This document shows, one piece after another, positions 35,726 to 45,063 of a stretch of 64,000 nucleotides of DNA. Below the pieces are notes generated by a model. The model saw only the letters and a program-made list of their open reading frames with translations, had not been told where the DNA came from and did no database searches. Made by a program: the position numbers and the translations under genes. Every line of letters begins with the position of its first letter. The first letter of the stretch is position 1. This DNA is from Deltaproteobacteria bacterium (GTDB lineage: Bacteria; Desulfobacterota; Binatia; UTPRO1): NCBI GenBank assembly GCA_016200545.1, contig JACQEO010000070.1:12663-76662 (forward strand), given 5' to 3'.

Positions 35726-37071
35726 AGCAGAAGACGAGCACGCACATGCTGCTCGACATCCTCGGCCTCATCGGCTCGCGGGTGATGCTGGTGATCTTCG
35801 GCCTCGCGACCGGCGTCATCACCGCCCGTCTGCTCGGGCCCTACGATCGCGGCATCTTCACCGTACTGCTGCTGCTGCCACAGACGCTCGTCAACTTTGC
35901 GAAGATGGGCGTGGCGCAAGCGAACGTCTACTACATCCGCCGCCGCGGCGCCTCGGTATCGACGATCGCGTCGAACTCGCTCGTGCTGTCGATCGCGGTG
36001 AGCATCATTCTCGTCGCGGTCTGTTACTTCGGCCGGCCGTGGGTGCTCGATCCCTTCACCAAGGGCGCGCGCACGACCTTGGTCCTGCTCGCCCTGACGG
36101 CGATTCCGTTCACGATGATCGAGAGCTATTTCCTCTCGATCTTGCAGGCGATCGAGGACTTCCGCGCCTACAACCTGCAGTCGATCTACAAGGCGGTGTT
36201 CGGGTTCCTCACCATCGCCGTGGCGCTCTTGGCGCTGCACGGACGGCTGTGGGCGGCGCTCTTCTCGCAGGTCCTCGTCACCGCCGGCGCGAACGTCTGG
36301 CTCCTCTATCGGGTGCGGAAGATCGCTCCCTTCGGGATACGGTGGGACGGCGGTCTCGGGCGCGGCATGCTCGCGTTCGGTGCCAAGTCGTACCTTCAGA
36401 CGCTCGCCGCTCACCTCCACTACCGGATCGACGTCTACTTGATCGCGTTCTTCCTGGATCCGGCGCAGGTGGCTTTCTATTCCATCGCGGTGAACATCAC
36501 GAACCCAATTCTCCAGATTCCGGACGCGATCGGCACGGTGATCTTTCCGAAGCTCGCCGCCTCCTCCGAGGCCGACGCGCACACGCGCACCGCGATGACG
36601 TGCCGCCACACGCTGTTCGCGACCATTCTGGCCGCGGTCTTCTATGCCGGCGTCGGCAGCCAGGCGCTCACGATCTTCTATGGAGACCGCTACGCGCCCG
36701 CGATCCGACCGATGCTGCTCATGCTGCCCGGCATCATCATGATCTCGCTCTACCAAATCCTCACGCGCAACTTCACGAGCCGCAACCGCCAGCAGGTGAA
36801 CATCGTCGCCGCCGGCATCGCGCTCGGCGTGAACTTCGCCTTGAATCTGATTCTGATCCCGCGCTTTGGTATCTCGGGCGCCGCCGTGTCGACGGCGATC
36901 TCCTACACGCTCGCGGCGCTGCTGCTGCTGTTCATCTTCGTGCGCGAGTCGGGCGGCAGCCTGCGCGGCACGATCATGATCCGCGGCGCCGACCTCGCGA
37001 CGTATCCACGCATGCTCGCCGCCGCCGGCGACCACCTACGCGGGCGGGAAGCACGGCACAACGCCGCGTGA
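35722..37071 (+). CDS. wzx: Polysaccharide flippase (Wzx, MOP superfamily)
   Basis: ATGA overlap with the upstream gene. 449 aa with about 12-14 TM segments, and typical polysaccharide-biosynthesis-protein organisation. Confidence 0.8.
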   Translation: MKQKTSTHMLLDILGLIGSRVMLVIFGLATGVITARLLGPYDRGIFTVLLLLPQTLVNFAKMGVAQANVYYIRRRGASVSTIASNSLVLSIAVSIILVAVCYFGRPWVLDPFTKGARTTLVLLALTAIPFTMIESYFLSILQAIEDFRAYNLQSIYKAVFGFLTIAVALLALHGRLWAALFSQVLVTAGANVWLLYRVRKIAPFGIRWDGGLGRGMLAFGAKSYLQTLAAHLHYRIDVYLIAFFLDPAQVAFYSIAVNITNPILQIPDAIGTVIFPKLAASSEADAHTRTAMTCRHTLFATILAAVFYAGVGSQALTIFYGDRYAPAIRPMLLMLPGIIMISLYQILTRNFTSRNRQQVNIVAAGIALGVNFALNLILIPRFGISGAAVSTAISYTLAALLLLFIFVRESGGSLRGTIMIRGADLATYPRMLAAAGDHLRGREARHNAA

Positions 37072-37210
37072 AGGCGCGGGTCGCCGCCGTGGACGATCGT
37101 ACGTTGCGGGCGCTGCCGAATGCGTTTATGGTTTGGAGGTTTCGCAGTCTCATCCGCCGTCACCACCTTACCGGGCGGCCTCGTACCGACATGATGGAGG
37201 AGCGATCGCG

Positions 37211-38602
37211 TTGACGCAGAAAGTTGTCGTCATCGGTCTCGATTCGGCGCCGCCGCGCCTGATGTTCGACGTCTTTCGCAACGAGATGCCGACCCTCGCC
37301 GGGCTCGTCGAGCGCGGCGCCCACGGCCGTCTCGAAAGCACGAATCCGCCGATCACCGTTCCGGCCTGGACCTCGATGATGTCGAGCAAGGATCCGGGAC
37401 AGCTCGGGTTCTACGGCTTTCGAAACCGCAAGGATCATTCATACGACGGCTACGCGTTCGCCAACTCCGCGCTCGTGCGTGAGCCACGGCTCTGGGATCT
37501 TCTCGGCGAGGCGGGCAAACGCTCGATCATCCTCGGCGTTCCGCAGACGTACCCGCCGCGCCCGCTGAACGGTGAGATGGTGACCTGTTTCCTCACTCCC
37601 TCGACCAAGGCGCAGTACACGTATCCGGAGAGCCTGAAGGCGGAGGTGGAGCGTGTTGCCGACGGCTACGTGCTCGACGTCGACGACTTCCGCACGCCCC
37701 ACAAGGAGGCGCTGCTCGAGCGCGTGTACACGAAGACCCGCAAGCACTGGGCGGTCGCCAGGCACATGATCGCGACCCGCGAGTGGGACTACTTCATGAT
37801 GGTCGAGATGGGGCTCGACCGCATTCACCACGGCTTCTGGAGCTACATGGATGCGGAGCACCGGAAGTACGAGCCCGGCAACAAGTTCGAGCAGGCGATC
37901 CGCGACTACTACCGCTACCTCGACGGCGAGCTCGCGAGTCTGCTCGCGCTCGCGCCCGCCGACGCGCTGGTGCTGCTCGTCTCCGACCACGGCTCGAAGC
38001 GGATGGAGGGCGGCATCTGCTTCAACGAGTGGCTGATCCGCGAGGGCTACCTGACACTCAAGGATCCGCCGCGCACGCCGACGCCGATCGGCAAGGTCGC
38101 CATCGACTGGTCGCGGACGAAGGCATGGGGCGACGGGGGCTACTACGGTCGCTGTTTCATGAACGTGAAGGGCCGAGAGCCTGAAGGTATCGTCGATCCG
38201 AAAGACTACGAGCGCGTACGCAGCGACCTCGTCGCCGGCATCGAGGCGATCGTCGACGACCAGGGACGCCCGATCGGCTCACGCGCCCATCGACCGGAGG
38301 ACATCTACCGCGCCGTGAACGGCGTCGCACCCGATCTCATCGTGTACTTCGGCGATCTCAACTGGCGCTCGGTCGGCGCCGTCGGCATGGACTCGATCTA
38401 CACCTTCGAGAACGACACCGGCCCCGACGAGGCGAACCACGATTGGTACGGCATCTTCGTGCTGTCGTCGCCGGCGGGGCCGGTGCCGCTCACCGGAGAC
38501 GTCGGCGACGTTTCGATCTACGATATCGCGCCGACCGTGCTCCAGCACTTCGGTTGTCCGGTGCCGGCCGACATGATCGGCCGCTCGCTGCTTCCGAGCT
38601 GA
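37211..38602 (+). CDS. Alkaline-phosphatase-superfamily enzyme A3 (divergent; no LGY tail)
   Basis: TTG 37211 lies 8 nt after GGAGGAG (the track start 37133 has no SD). KVVVIGLDSAPPRLMF..NPPITVPAWTSMMSSKDPGQLGFYGF and VSDHGS motifs. Ends ...GRSLLPS. Confidence 0.75.
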   Translation: MTQKVVVIGLDSAPPRLMFDVFRNEMPTLAGLVERGAHGRLESTNPPITVPAWTSMMSSKDPGQLGFYGFRNRKDHSYDGYAFANSALVREPRLWDLLGEAGKRSIILGVPQTYPPRPLNGEMVTCFLTPSTKAQYTYPESLKAEVERVADGYVLDVDDFRTPHKEALLERVYTKTRKHWAVARHMIATREWDYFMMVEMGLDRIHHGFWSYMDAEHRKYEPGNKFEQAIRDYYRYLDGELASLLALAPADALVLLVSDHGSKRMEGGICFNEWLIREGYLTLKDPPRTPTPIGKVAIDWSRTKAWGDGGYYGRCFMNVKGREPEGIVDPKDYERVRSDLVAGIEAIVDDQGRPIGSRAHRPEDIYRAVNGVAPDLIVYFGDLNWRSVGAVGMDSIYTFENDTGPDEANHDWYGIFVLSSPAGPVPLTGDVGDVSIYDIAPTVLQHFGCPVPADMIGRSLLPS

Positions 38603-38619
38603 GAGGATCCGGGCGCGCC

Positions 38620-39579
38620 GTGCGGCACGTCGCCGTCGACATCGTCACCGGCTTTCTCGGGAGCGGCAAGACGACGCTCCTTCGCCACGTCCTCGAGCAC
38701 GGCCTCAAGGGCAAGCCGGTCGCCCTCGTCGTGAACGAGATCGGCGAGGTTGGCATCGATGGCCAGGTCGTGACTGGCCTCAACTACGTCGAGAAGATGG
38801 TCGAGCTCTCGAGCGGCTGCATCTGCTGCTCGATCGACGAGTACCGCTTCGACCTCGCAATCCAAGAGATCATCGAGACCGTCCACCCGCACCTCATCAT
38901 CATCGAGTCGACGGGCCTCGCCGATCCCGAGCCGCTCGCCTACCGGGTGAAGGCCGCGGGCCTGAACCTCGATGCGGTCATCACCGTCGTGGATGCCGGC
39001 AACGTCGAGCGCTTCCTCGGGGAGACGGAGGTTGCGACGGCGCAGATCGGCGCCGCCGACTTTCTCGTGGTGAACAAGATCGACCTCGTCGGCGCCGACG
39101 CCTTGACGCGCGTCGAGCGACGGCTCCGCAAGCTCAACGCGCGTGCCGTCCAGTTTCGCAGCGTGCGCGGCGCGATCGATTCCGAGGTGCTCTTCGCGAC
39201 CGGCGTTGCGAGCTATCGCGACCGCGCCCGCGAGCCCAGGGCCGCCTCCGACCATCTGCATCGGGATGCATTCGGCTCGTTTCTCTACCGCAGCGCGGTC
39301 GAGCTCGATCAACCGGCCTTCGAGCGCGTGCTCGAGCGGCTGCCGGACGACGTCATCCGCGCCAAAGGGATCGTGCGGCTCCTCGGGCGTGACTGGCACT
39401 GCCTGTTCAACGTCACCTGCGGCCGGACGGAGCTCGGCTGGCTGAAACTTCCGGATGATCACCTGGAGAACCAAGCGGTCTTCATCGGTCGCAACCTCGA
39501 CCGGCACCGCGCCGGTATTCTCGAGGCGCTTCGCCGCTGCGAGCGCCATCCCGAGCATCGACAGGGAGAGTCGCGATGA
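38620..39579 (+). CDS. COG0523 (CobW/YjiA/ZigA-like) G3E GTPase, putative metallochaperone
   Basis: GTG 38620. P-loop TGFLGSGKTTLL. CXCC metal motif SSGCICCS. C-terminal CobW_C-like domain. Confidence 0.85.
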   Translation: MRHVAVDIVTGFLGSGKTTLLRHVLEHGLKGKPVALVVNEIGEVGIDGQVVTGLNYVEKMVELSSGCICCSIDEYRFDLAIQEIIETVHPHLIIIESTGLADPEPLAYRVKAAGLNLDAVITVVDAGNVERFLGETEVATAQIGAADFLVVNKIDLVGADALTRVERRLRKLNARAVQFRSVRGAIDSEVLFATGVASYRDRAREPRAASDHLHRDAFGSFLYRSAVELDQPAFERVLERLPDDVIRAKGIVRLLGRDWHCLFNVTCGRTELGWLKLPDDHLENQAVFIGRNLDRHRAGILEALRRCERHPEHRQGESR

Positions 39580-39704
39580 ACGCCACCCCGAAACGGCCGG
39601 ACGAGCCGGCCGAGCAGCCCCCCGCCTCCGAGCCGACCGAGGGCTACTCGCCCGAGGAAGAAGAGGAAGTGCAGAAGCGCCTGGAGGATTTGGGCTACAT
39701 CTGA
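39576..39704 (+). CDS. 42-aa ORF encoding only an acidic linker plus LGYI tail (not in ORF track)
   Basis: ATG overlaps the COG0523 stop (ATGA), with GGGAGAG 6 nt upstream. Translation is MNATPKRPDEPAEQPPASEPTEGYSPEEEEEVQKRLEDLGYI. It matches the C-terminal tails of A1, A2, A4 and the sulfatase-fold enzyme. Confidence 0.55.
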   Translation: MNATPKRPDEPAEQPPASEPTEGYSPEEEEEVQKRLEDLGYI

Positions 39705-39838
39705 GCACCCGGCTCGCATATGCTCGTGGCGGGAGTTCAGTCTCGCCGATGAGACCGCTCTGGCCTCGTCGGGCGCTACCAGTATTCGTATCCGCCCGCT
39801 GATGCGCGGGCGGCACGTTCCGTTTTCGGAGGACGTCC

Positions 39839-41134
39839 GTGGAAATCTTGGACAAGATTCGTGAACGCAAGGCCCGCACCGGCGTGATCGGGCTCGGGTA
39901 CGTCGGGCTACCGCTCGCCATCGAGTTCGCCCATGCGGGATTCCACGCCGTGGGGATCGACGTCGATCAGCGCAAGGTCGACGCGATCAACGCCGGGCAG
40001 TCGTACATCGTCGACACCACCTCGGAGGAGGTGGCGTCGCTGGTCGCCACTGGCCGCCTGCGGGCGACGACCGACTTCGCCGTCATCGAGGAGCTCGACA
40101 CCATCAACATCTGCGTGCCGACGCCGCTCCGCAAGACGAAGGATCCCGACATGACCTTCGTCGTCGCGGCGGTCAGCCAGATCAAGAAGCATCTCCGGGC
40201 GGGGCAGTTGATCATCCTCGAGTCGACGACCTACCCGGGCACGACCGAAGAACTGGTGCTGCCGCAGCTCGAGGAGTCGGGCTTGAAGGTCGGCCGCGAC
40301 TTCTTCCTCGCGTTCTCCCCGGAGCGGATCGACCCCGGCAACAAGCAGTTCAACACCCGCAACATTCCGAAGGTGGTGGGCGGCGTCACCGCGCGCTGCA
40401 CGCAGGCGGCGAAGACCCTCTATGAGCAAAGCATCGACAACGTCGTGCCGGTGTCCTCGACGCGCGTCGCCGAGATGGTGAAGCTGCTCGAGAACACGTT
40501 CCGCGCCGTGAACATCGGCCTGGTGAACGAGCTCGCCCTCATGTCGGCGAAGCTCAACATCAACGTCTGGGAGGTCATCGACGCGGCGGCCACGAAGCCG
40601 TTCGGCTTCATGCCGTTCTATCCGGGCCCGGGCCTCGGCGGCCACTGCATCCCGATCGACCCGTTCTATCTCGGCTGGAAAGCGCGCATGAACGGCTTCG
40701 AGCCGCGCTTCATCGAGCTCGCGGGGCAGGTGAACGAGTCAATGCCGAAGTTCGTCGTCGACAAGGTGACCGACGCCTTGAACGATGACGGTAAGGCGGT
40801 GCGCAACGCGCACATCCACATCCTCGGCGTCGCCTACAAGCGGGACGTCAACGACATCCGCGAGAGCCCGTCGCTCCACGTCATGAAGATGCTGATAGAC
40901 CGCGGGGCGCGGCTCAGCTACAGCGATCCCTTCGTTCCCGAGATCCACGAGGACGGCATCAATCTGACAGGTGTTGCGGTGCGCGAGACGCTCGAAGCGG
41001 GTACCGATTGCGTGGTGTTGTTGACGGATCACAGCGATTTCAACTACTCGGAGATCGTCCACCTGGCGCCGTTGATCGTCGACACGCGGAACGCGCTGCG
41101 CGACTTCATCGGAGGCAACATCGTCCGGTTGTAA
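39839..41134 (+). CDS. Nucleotide-sugar 6-dehydrogenase (UDP-GlcNAc/UDP-ManNAc dehydrogenase type; TviB/WbpA/WecC-like)
   Basis: GVIGLGYVGLP Rossmann motif, catalytic GGHCIPIDP, 431 aa. Confidence 0.85.
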   Translation: MEILDKIRERKARTGVIGLGYVGLPLAIEFAHAGFHAVGIDVDQRKVDAINAGQSYIVDTTSEEVASLVATGRLRATTDFAVIEELDTINICVPTPLRKTKDPDMTFVVAAVSQIKKHLRAGQLIILESTTYPGTTEELVLPQLEESGLKVGRDFFLAFSPERIDPGNKQFNTRNIPKVVGGVTARCTQAAKTLYEQSIDNVVPVSSTRVAEMVKLLENTFRAVNIGLVNELALMSAKLNINVWEVIDAAATKPFGFMPFYPGPGLGGHCIPIDPFYLGWKARMNGFEPRFIELAGQVNESMPKFVVDKVTDALNDDGKAVRNAHIHILGVAYKRDVNDIRESPSLHVMKMLIDRGARLSYSDPFVPEIHEDGINLTGVAVRETLEAGTDCVVLLTDHSDFNYSEIVHLAPLIVDTRNALRDFIGGNIVRL

Positions 41135-41151
41135 GGCCGGGAGGAGCGGGA

Positions 41152-41418
41152 ATGAGTGCAGAAAACGCGTTGCGACGACGAATCTTGAGCGAGTACCGGA
41201 AGGCGTACGACGCGAACAAAGAGGTGCCGTTTCTCCACACCCGCCAGCATCTGACGGAGCGCCTGAGCGAAAGCTACGACGTACTCGCCCCGCAGGTGCA
41301 GTTCCTCGAGCAGAACCGCTATCTGCACTGGAAGGCCGCCGACGTCTTCAAGATCTCGCCGAAGGGCATGCGTGCGACGCACAGCGAGCAGGACCTTGCA
41401 GGCGAGTTTCCCGACTGA
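41152..41418 (+). CDS. Small hypothetical protein (88 aa), possibly winged-helix
   Basis: In-frame ATG 41152, preceded by GGAGGAG. No recognisable motif. Confidence 0.45.
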   Translation: MSAENALRRRILSEYRKAYDANKEVPFLHTRQHLTERLSESYDVLAPQVQFLEQNRYLHWKAADVFKISPKGMRATHSEQDLAGEFPD

Positions 41419-41449
41419 CGTGGACACGGTGCGGTCGAAACGCCTCTGA

Positions 41450-43333
41450 ATGCGTGTGGGCGGGCGGACGCCGTTCGCGGGCGCGGTCGCGGGCGCGACG
41501 CTCGCGGCGCTGGTGGTGGGAATTGGTGAGGCGCTCGTCGTCAGCGTCGAGCGCCACCTCGGTATCGATACGGGCCTGCTGTTCTTCGCCATCCTGTTCT
41601 ATGGACTCACGGGCGTCGTGGCCGGGATCGCGTTCGGCGTCGCGCTCCCTCTGATCGGCGCGCGGCGCGGTGGCAGCGCGTACGCGCTCGCCGGCGCCCT
41701 CACGTTCAGCGCCCTGGTCACCGTGATCGGGCGGTTCCGCGTCTTCCGCGACGTGCTGCACGAGACGTTCGACGGGCAGGCGATCTCGCCGCTCGCCTTC
41801 CAACTCGGCTCGCTGGTGGTGGCTCTCGTGCTCGCCGCGCTTGCCTTCGCGGTTCTGCGCGCCGTCGGGCGGCGCGAGGGCGCGGCGACGTCGCTCGTCA
41901 CCGCGCTCGGCATTCTCGTCGTCGGTGTCGGCGTGAGCGGCGGCACAATGCTCGTCCGCGGCGCGCCGCCGTCGGTCGCGCACTCGCCGCTGGCGAGCCG
42001 CGGCACCGCGCACGGACCGAGCGTCATCCTCGTCATGGTCGACACGCTGCGTGCCGATCACCTCTCGTGCTACGGCTACGACGCCATCCGCACGCCGGCG
42101 ATCGACGCCCTCGCCGCCGACGGCACGCGCTTCGCGCACGCGTACGCGCAGGCTTCCTGGACCCGACCGTCGGTGGCGACGATCCTGACGTCGCTCTATC
42201 CGTCGTCGCACAAGGCGATTCACAAGTCGGACATCCTTCCGGACGCGGTCACGACCTTGCCCGAGGTGCTGCAGGCGGCCGGTTACCGTACGATCGGATT
42301 CGCCAACAACATCAACGTCGCGCCGCTGTTCAACTTTCAACAAGGCTTCGACGAGTACTACTTCCTCGAGCCGGCGTTCTTCTTCGGCGCCACGGAGTCG
42401 GCGGCGCAGCTCACGCTCTACAACCAGCTGCGCCTGATCCGCGAACGCTATCTCTCGCGGGTGAAGCACGTCGAGAACTACTATCAACCCGCCGAGATCG
42501 TGACCGAGCGAGGATCGCGCTGGATCGCCGATCGGCCAGCCGACGGTCCCTTCTTCATGTTCCTGCACTACATGGACGCCCACGACCCGTACTTCACGCA
42601 CCCGTGGAACGGCGAGGCATTGGCGCGGGTGGCGAACCCCAATCCGAGCTGCGCGCTCGCGGAGCGCTACCGCGCCGCGTACGACGGCGCGATCGTCTAT
42701 CTCGACGAACAGATCGGCCGTCTCGTCGCCGGGCTGAAGGCGCGCGGTATGTACGACGATACGATGATCGTGCTCACCGCCGACCACGGGGAGGAGTTCT
42801 GCGAGCATGGCGGCTGGTGGCACGGCCAGACACTCTACGACGAGCAACTCGCGGTGCCGCTGATCGTGAAAGCGCCGCGCGGGGGACCGGCCGGCGTCGT
42901 CAACGACGCCATGGTGGCGAGCCTCGATATTGCGCCGACGATCATCGCCGCCGCGGGCGCACAGGCTCCCGCGGCCATGGTCGGGCGGCCCTTGTCGCTC
43001 GCGGCCGGCGCGCCGGCGCCGCGCGATCACGCATTCGCGGAGTCGGACCTCGAAGGCAACGTGCTGCAGGCATATCGCGGCGAGGGTTGGAAGTTCATTC
43101 AAGCAAATCCCGGCAATCCGCGTGGTCTGCCGATCCGCCAGCTCTTCGAGGTGGCGGGGGATCCAGGCGAACATCACGACCTCGCGGCATCCCGGCAGGA
43201 CGAGGTCGCAACCCTCGCGACCCGTCTCGCGACCGTGCAGAGCCGTGCGCTGGCGCGTGCCGTCGACGGCAGCGAGACGGCGATCGACAGCGCCACCGAA
43301 GAGCGCCTACGGGCGCTCGGCTACGTCAACTGA
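41450..43333 (+). CDS. Membrane-anchored sulfatase-fold (PF00884-like) enzyme with LtaS/EptA/OpgB-type architecture, LGYVN tail
   Basis: About 5 N-terminal TM segments, then VILVMVDTLRADHLSCYGY. The nucleophile region reads QASWTRPSVATILTSLYP (T-x-P-S, not C/S-x-P-x-R). TADHGEEF motif. Ends ...EERLRALGYVN. Confidence 0.8.
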   Translation: MRVGGRTPFAGAVAGATLAALVVGIGEALVVSVERHLGIDTGLLFFAILFYGLTGVVAGIAFGVALPLIGARRGGSAYALAGALTFSALVTVIGRFRVFRDVLHETFDGQAISPLAFQLGSLVVALVLAALAFAVLRAVGRREGAATSLVTALGILVVGVGVSGGTMLVRGAPPSVAHSPLASRGTAHGPSVILVMVDTLRADHLSCYGYDAIRTPAIDALAADGTRFAHAYAQASWTRPSVATILTSLYPSSHKAIHKSDILPDAVTTLPEVLQAAGYRTIGFANNINVAPLFNFQQGFDEYYFLEPAFFFGATESAAQLTLYNQLRLIRERYLSRVKHVENYYQPAEIVTERGSRWIADRPADGPFFMFLHYMDAHDPYFTHPWNGEALARVANPNPSCALAERYRAAYDGAIVYLDEQIGRLVAGLKARGMYDDTMIVLTADHGEEFCEHGGWWHGQTLYDEQLAVPLIVKAPRGGPAGVVNDAMVASLDIAPTIIAAAGAQAPAAMVGRPLSLAAGAPAPRDHAFAESDLEGNVLQAYRGEGWKFIQANPGNPRGLPIRQLFEVAGDPGEHHDLAASRQDEVATLATRLATVQSRALARAVDGSETAIDSATEERLRALGYVN

Positions 43334-43343
43334 GCGCGGGCGC

Positions 43344-45032
43344 GTGATCGCAATCGTCGGACTCGACGGAGCCACCTGGGATCTCGCCGAGCCCTTCATG
43401 GATGCCGGCGACATGCCGGCGCTGCGCCGTCTCGTGACGGCAGGTGCGGCCGGAATCCTGCGGTCGACGACACCGCCCGTGACGTTTCCCGCGTGGTCCT
43501 CCTTCATGACCGGGGCGAATCCGGGGAAACACGGCATCTTCGATTTCAGCCGGCGCCTGCCGGGCACCTACGAGATCGCGTTCGTCGGCAGCCGTGACCG
43601 GCGGCTGCCGACGATGTGGCGCCTACTCTCGGCGGCCGGCCGCCGCGTCGCCGTGCTCGGCGTGCCGACGACATACCCACCCGAGCCGGTGAACGGCATC
43701 ATGGTCGGGGGTTTCGACAGCCCGGTCACGACCGGCATCGACGGCTCCTTCGTCCACCCGCGCGCCTTCTACGACGAGATGCGGGCGGCGGTCGGTCCGT
43801 ACACGATCACCGACTTCCAGGAACTGCGCATCGGGCCCGGATGGCACGACGCGGCGTTGCCGAAGATTCTCACCGCCGTCGACCGCAAGCGCGATCTCGC
43901 GCGCTACGTCCTCGCGCGCGAGCCCTGGGACGTTTTCATGGTGCTTTTCGGCGAGGCCGACACCACGAGCCACCATTTCTGGATGTTCGCCGATCCGCGA
44001 TCGCCGCGCTTCGACGCGTCACGCGCCGCGCGGCACCGGGGGGCGTTGCGTGACGTGTACCGTCGCCTCGACGGCGCGCTCGACGCGATCGTCGCCGCGT
44101 TGCCTGCCGACGCGACTCTGCTGGTCGCCTCCGACCACGGCTTCGGGGGCGCCGGTACGACGGTGCTGCATCTGAATCGGTGGCTCGCCGAGGCCGGCTT
44201 CCTGCGCTTCCACGCCGGCGCGCGCGCGCTTCCGGCGCGCCTGGCGCGGCAGGTACGGCGGCTCGCGCTTCTCGGCTTGCCCCGCGGCGTGCAAGAGCGG
44301 GTGGTGCGCCGCAGCGGCCGCCGGCTCGCCCGCCGACTGGAGGGCTGGTCACGGTTCGCCGCGGTCGACATGGCCCGAACGGTTGCGTTCTCGGAGGAGC
44401 TGAACTACGCGCCGAGCATCTGGCTGAACGTCCGCGGGCGCGACCCGCTCGGTGCCGTCGCGCCGGGGCGCGCGTACGACGAGCTCGTCGCGACGCTGCG
44501 CGAACGTCTCCTCGCCTGGCGTCACCCGGCGACCGGCGCGCGCATCGTACGCGCGGTGCACCGGCGCGAGGAGATCTATCGAGGTCCGTGCGTCGGCGAC
44601 GCTCCCGACCTCGTCCTCGAGCTCGCCTGCGAGGACGGCTACTCGTACGTCTGCCTCCCCAGCACCGGCGAGGAGTCGGCGGTCGTGCGCTCGCTCGCAC
44701 CTGACGAGTACGTCGCCGGCAAAGGTGGCGGCATGAACGGCAGCCACCGCGCGGCGGGCCTCTGGGCGCTCGCGGGTCCCGCGATCTCGGCCGACGTGCA
44801 CGCCGAGGCGGCGATCACCGACGTCGCGCCGACCGTGCTCCACCTCGCCGGGCTTCCCGTACCGTCGTGGATGGACGGCGCACTTCTGCCGGGCGTCCGC
44901 GGAACGTTGACCGTCGATGCCGCGCCGCCTCCTCCACCGCGGGTCGGTGGCCAGGAGGACGACGGCGCAGGCGAGACCGAGCTCTGGCGCCGGCTGGCCG
45001 CGCTCGGCTATCTCGGCGCGGAACGGCCGTGA
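43344..45032 (+). CDS. Alkaline-phosphatase-superfamily enzyme A4, LGYL tail
   Basis: GTG 43344 (VIAIVGLDGATWDL). TPPVTFPAWSSFMTGANPGKHGIF and ASDHGF motifs. Ends ...ELWRRLAALGYLGAERP. Confidence 0.8.
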   Translation: MIAIVGLDGATWDLAEPFMDAGDMPALRRLVTAGAAGILRSTTPPVTFPAWSSFMTGANPGKHGIFDFSRRLPGTYEIAFVGSRDRRLPTMWRLLSAAGRRVAVLGVPTTYPPEPVNGIMVGGFDSPVTTGIDGSFVHPRAFYDEMRAAVGPYTITDFQELRIGPGWHDAALPKILTAVDRKRDLARYVLAREPWDVFMVLFGEADTTSHHFWMFADPRSPRFDASRAARHRGALRDVYRRLDGALDAIVAALPADATLLVASDHGFGGAGTTVLHLNRWLAEAGFLRFHAGARALPARLARQVRRLALLGLPRGVQERVVRRSGRRLARRLEGWSRFAAVDMARTVAFSEELNYAPSIWLNVRGRDPLGAVAPGRAYDELVATLRERLLAWRHPATGARIVRAVHRREEIYRGPCVGDAPDLVLELACEDGYSYVCLPSTGEESAVVRSLAPDEYVAGKGGGMNGSHRAAGLWALAGPAISADVHAEAAITDVAPTVLHLAGLPVPSWMDGALLPGVRGTLTVDAAPPPPPRVGGQEDDGAGETELWRRLAALGYLGAERP

Positions 45033-45063
45033 TCGCGTGCTCGCGACGCGTCCAAGGGACGGC

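Noticed and set aside
39792-39813. GC-rich hairpin CCGCCCGC-tgatgc-GCGGGCGG after the tail mini-ORF, a possible terminator splitting the operon. A similar 7-bp stem lies at 31684..31702.
   Set aside because: No U-tract follows directly: the T-run is about 9 nt away in the first case and absent in the second. I cannot call either an intrinsic terminator.
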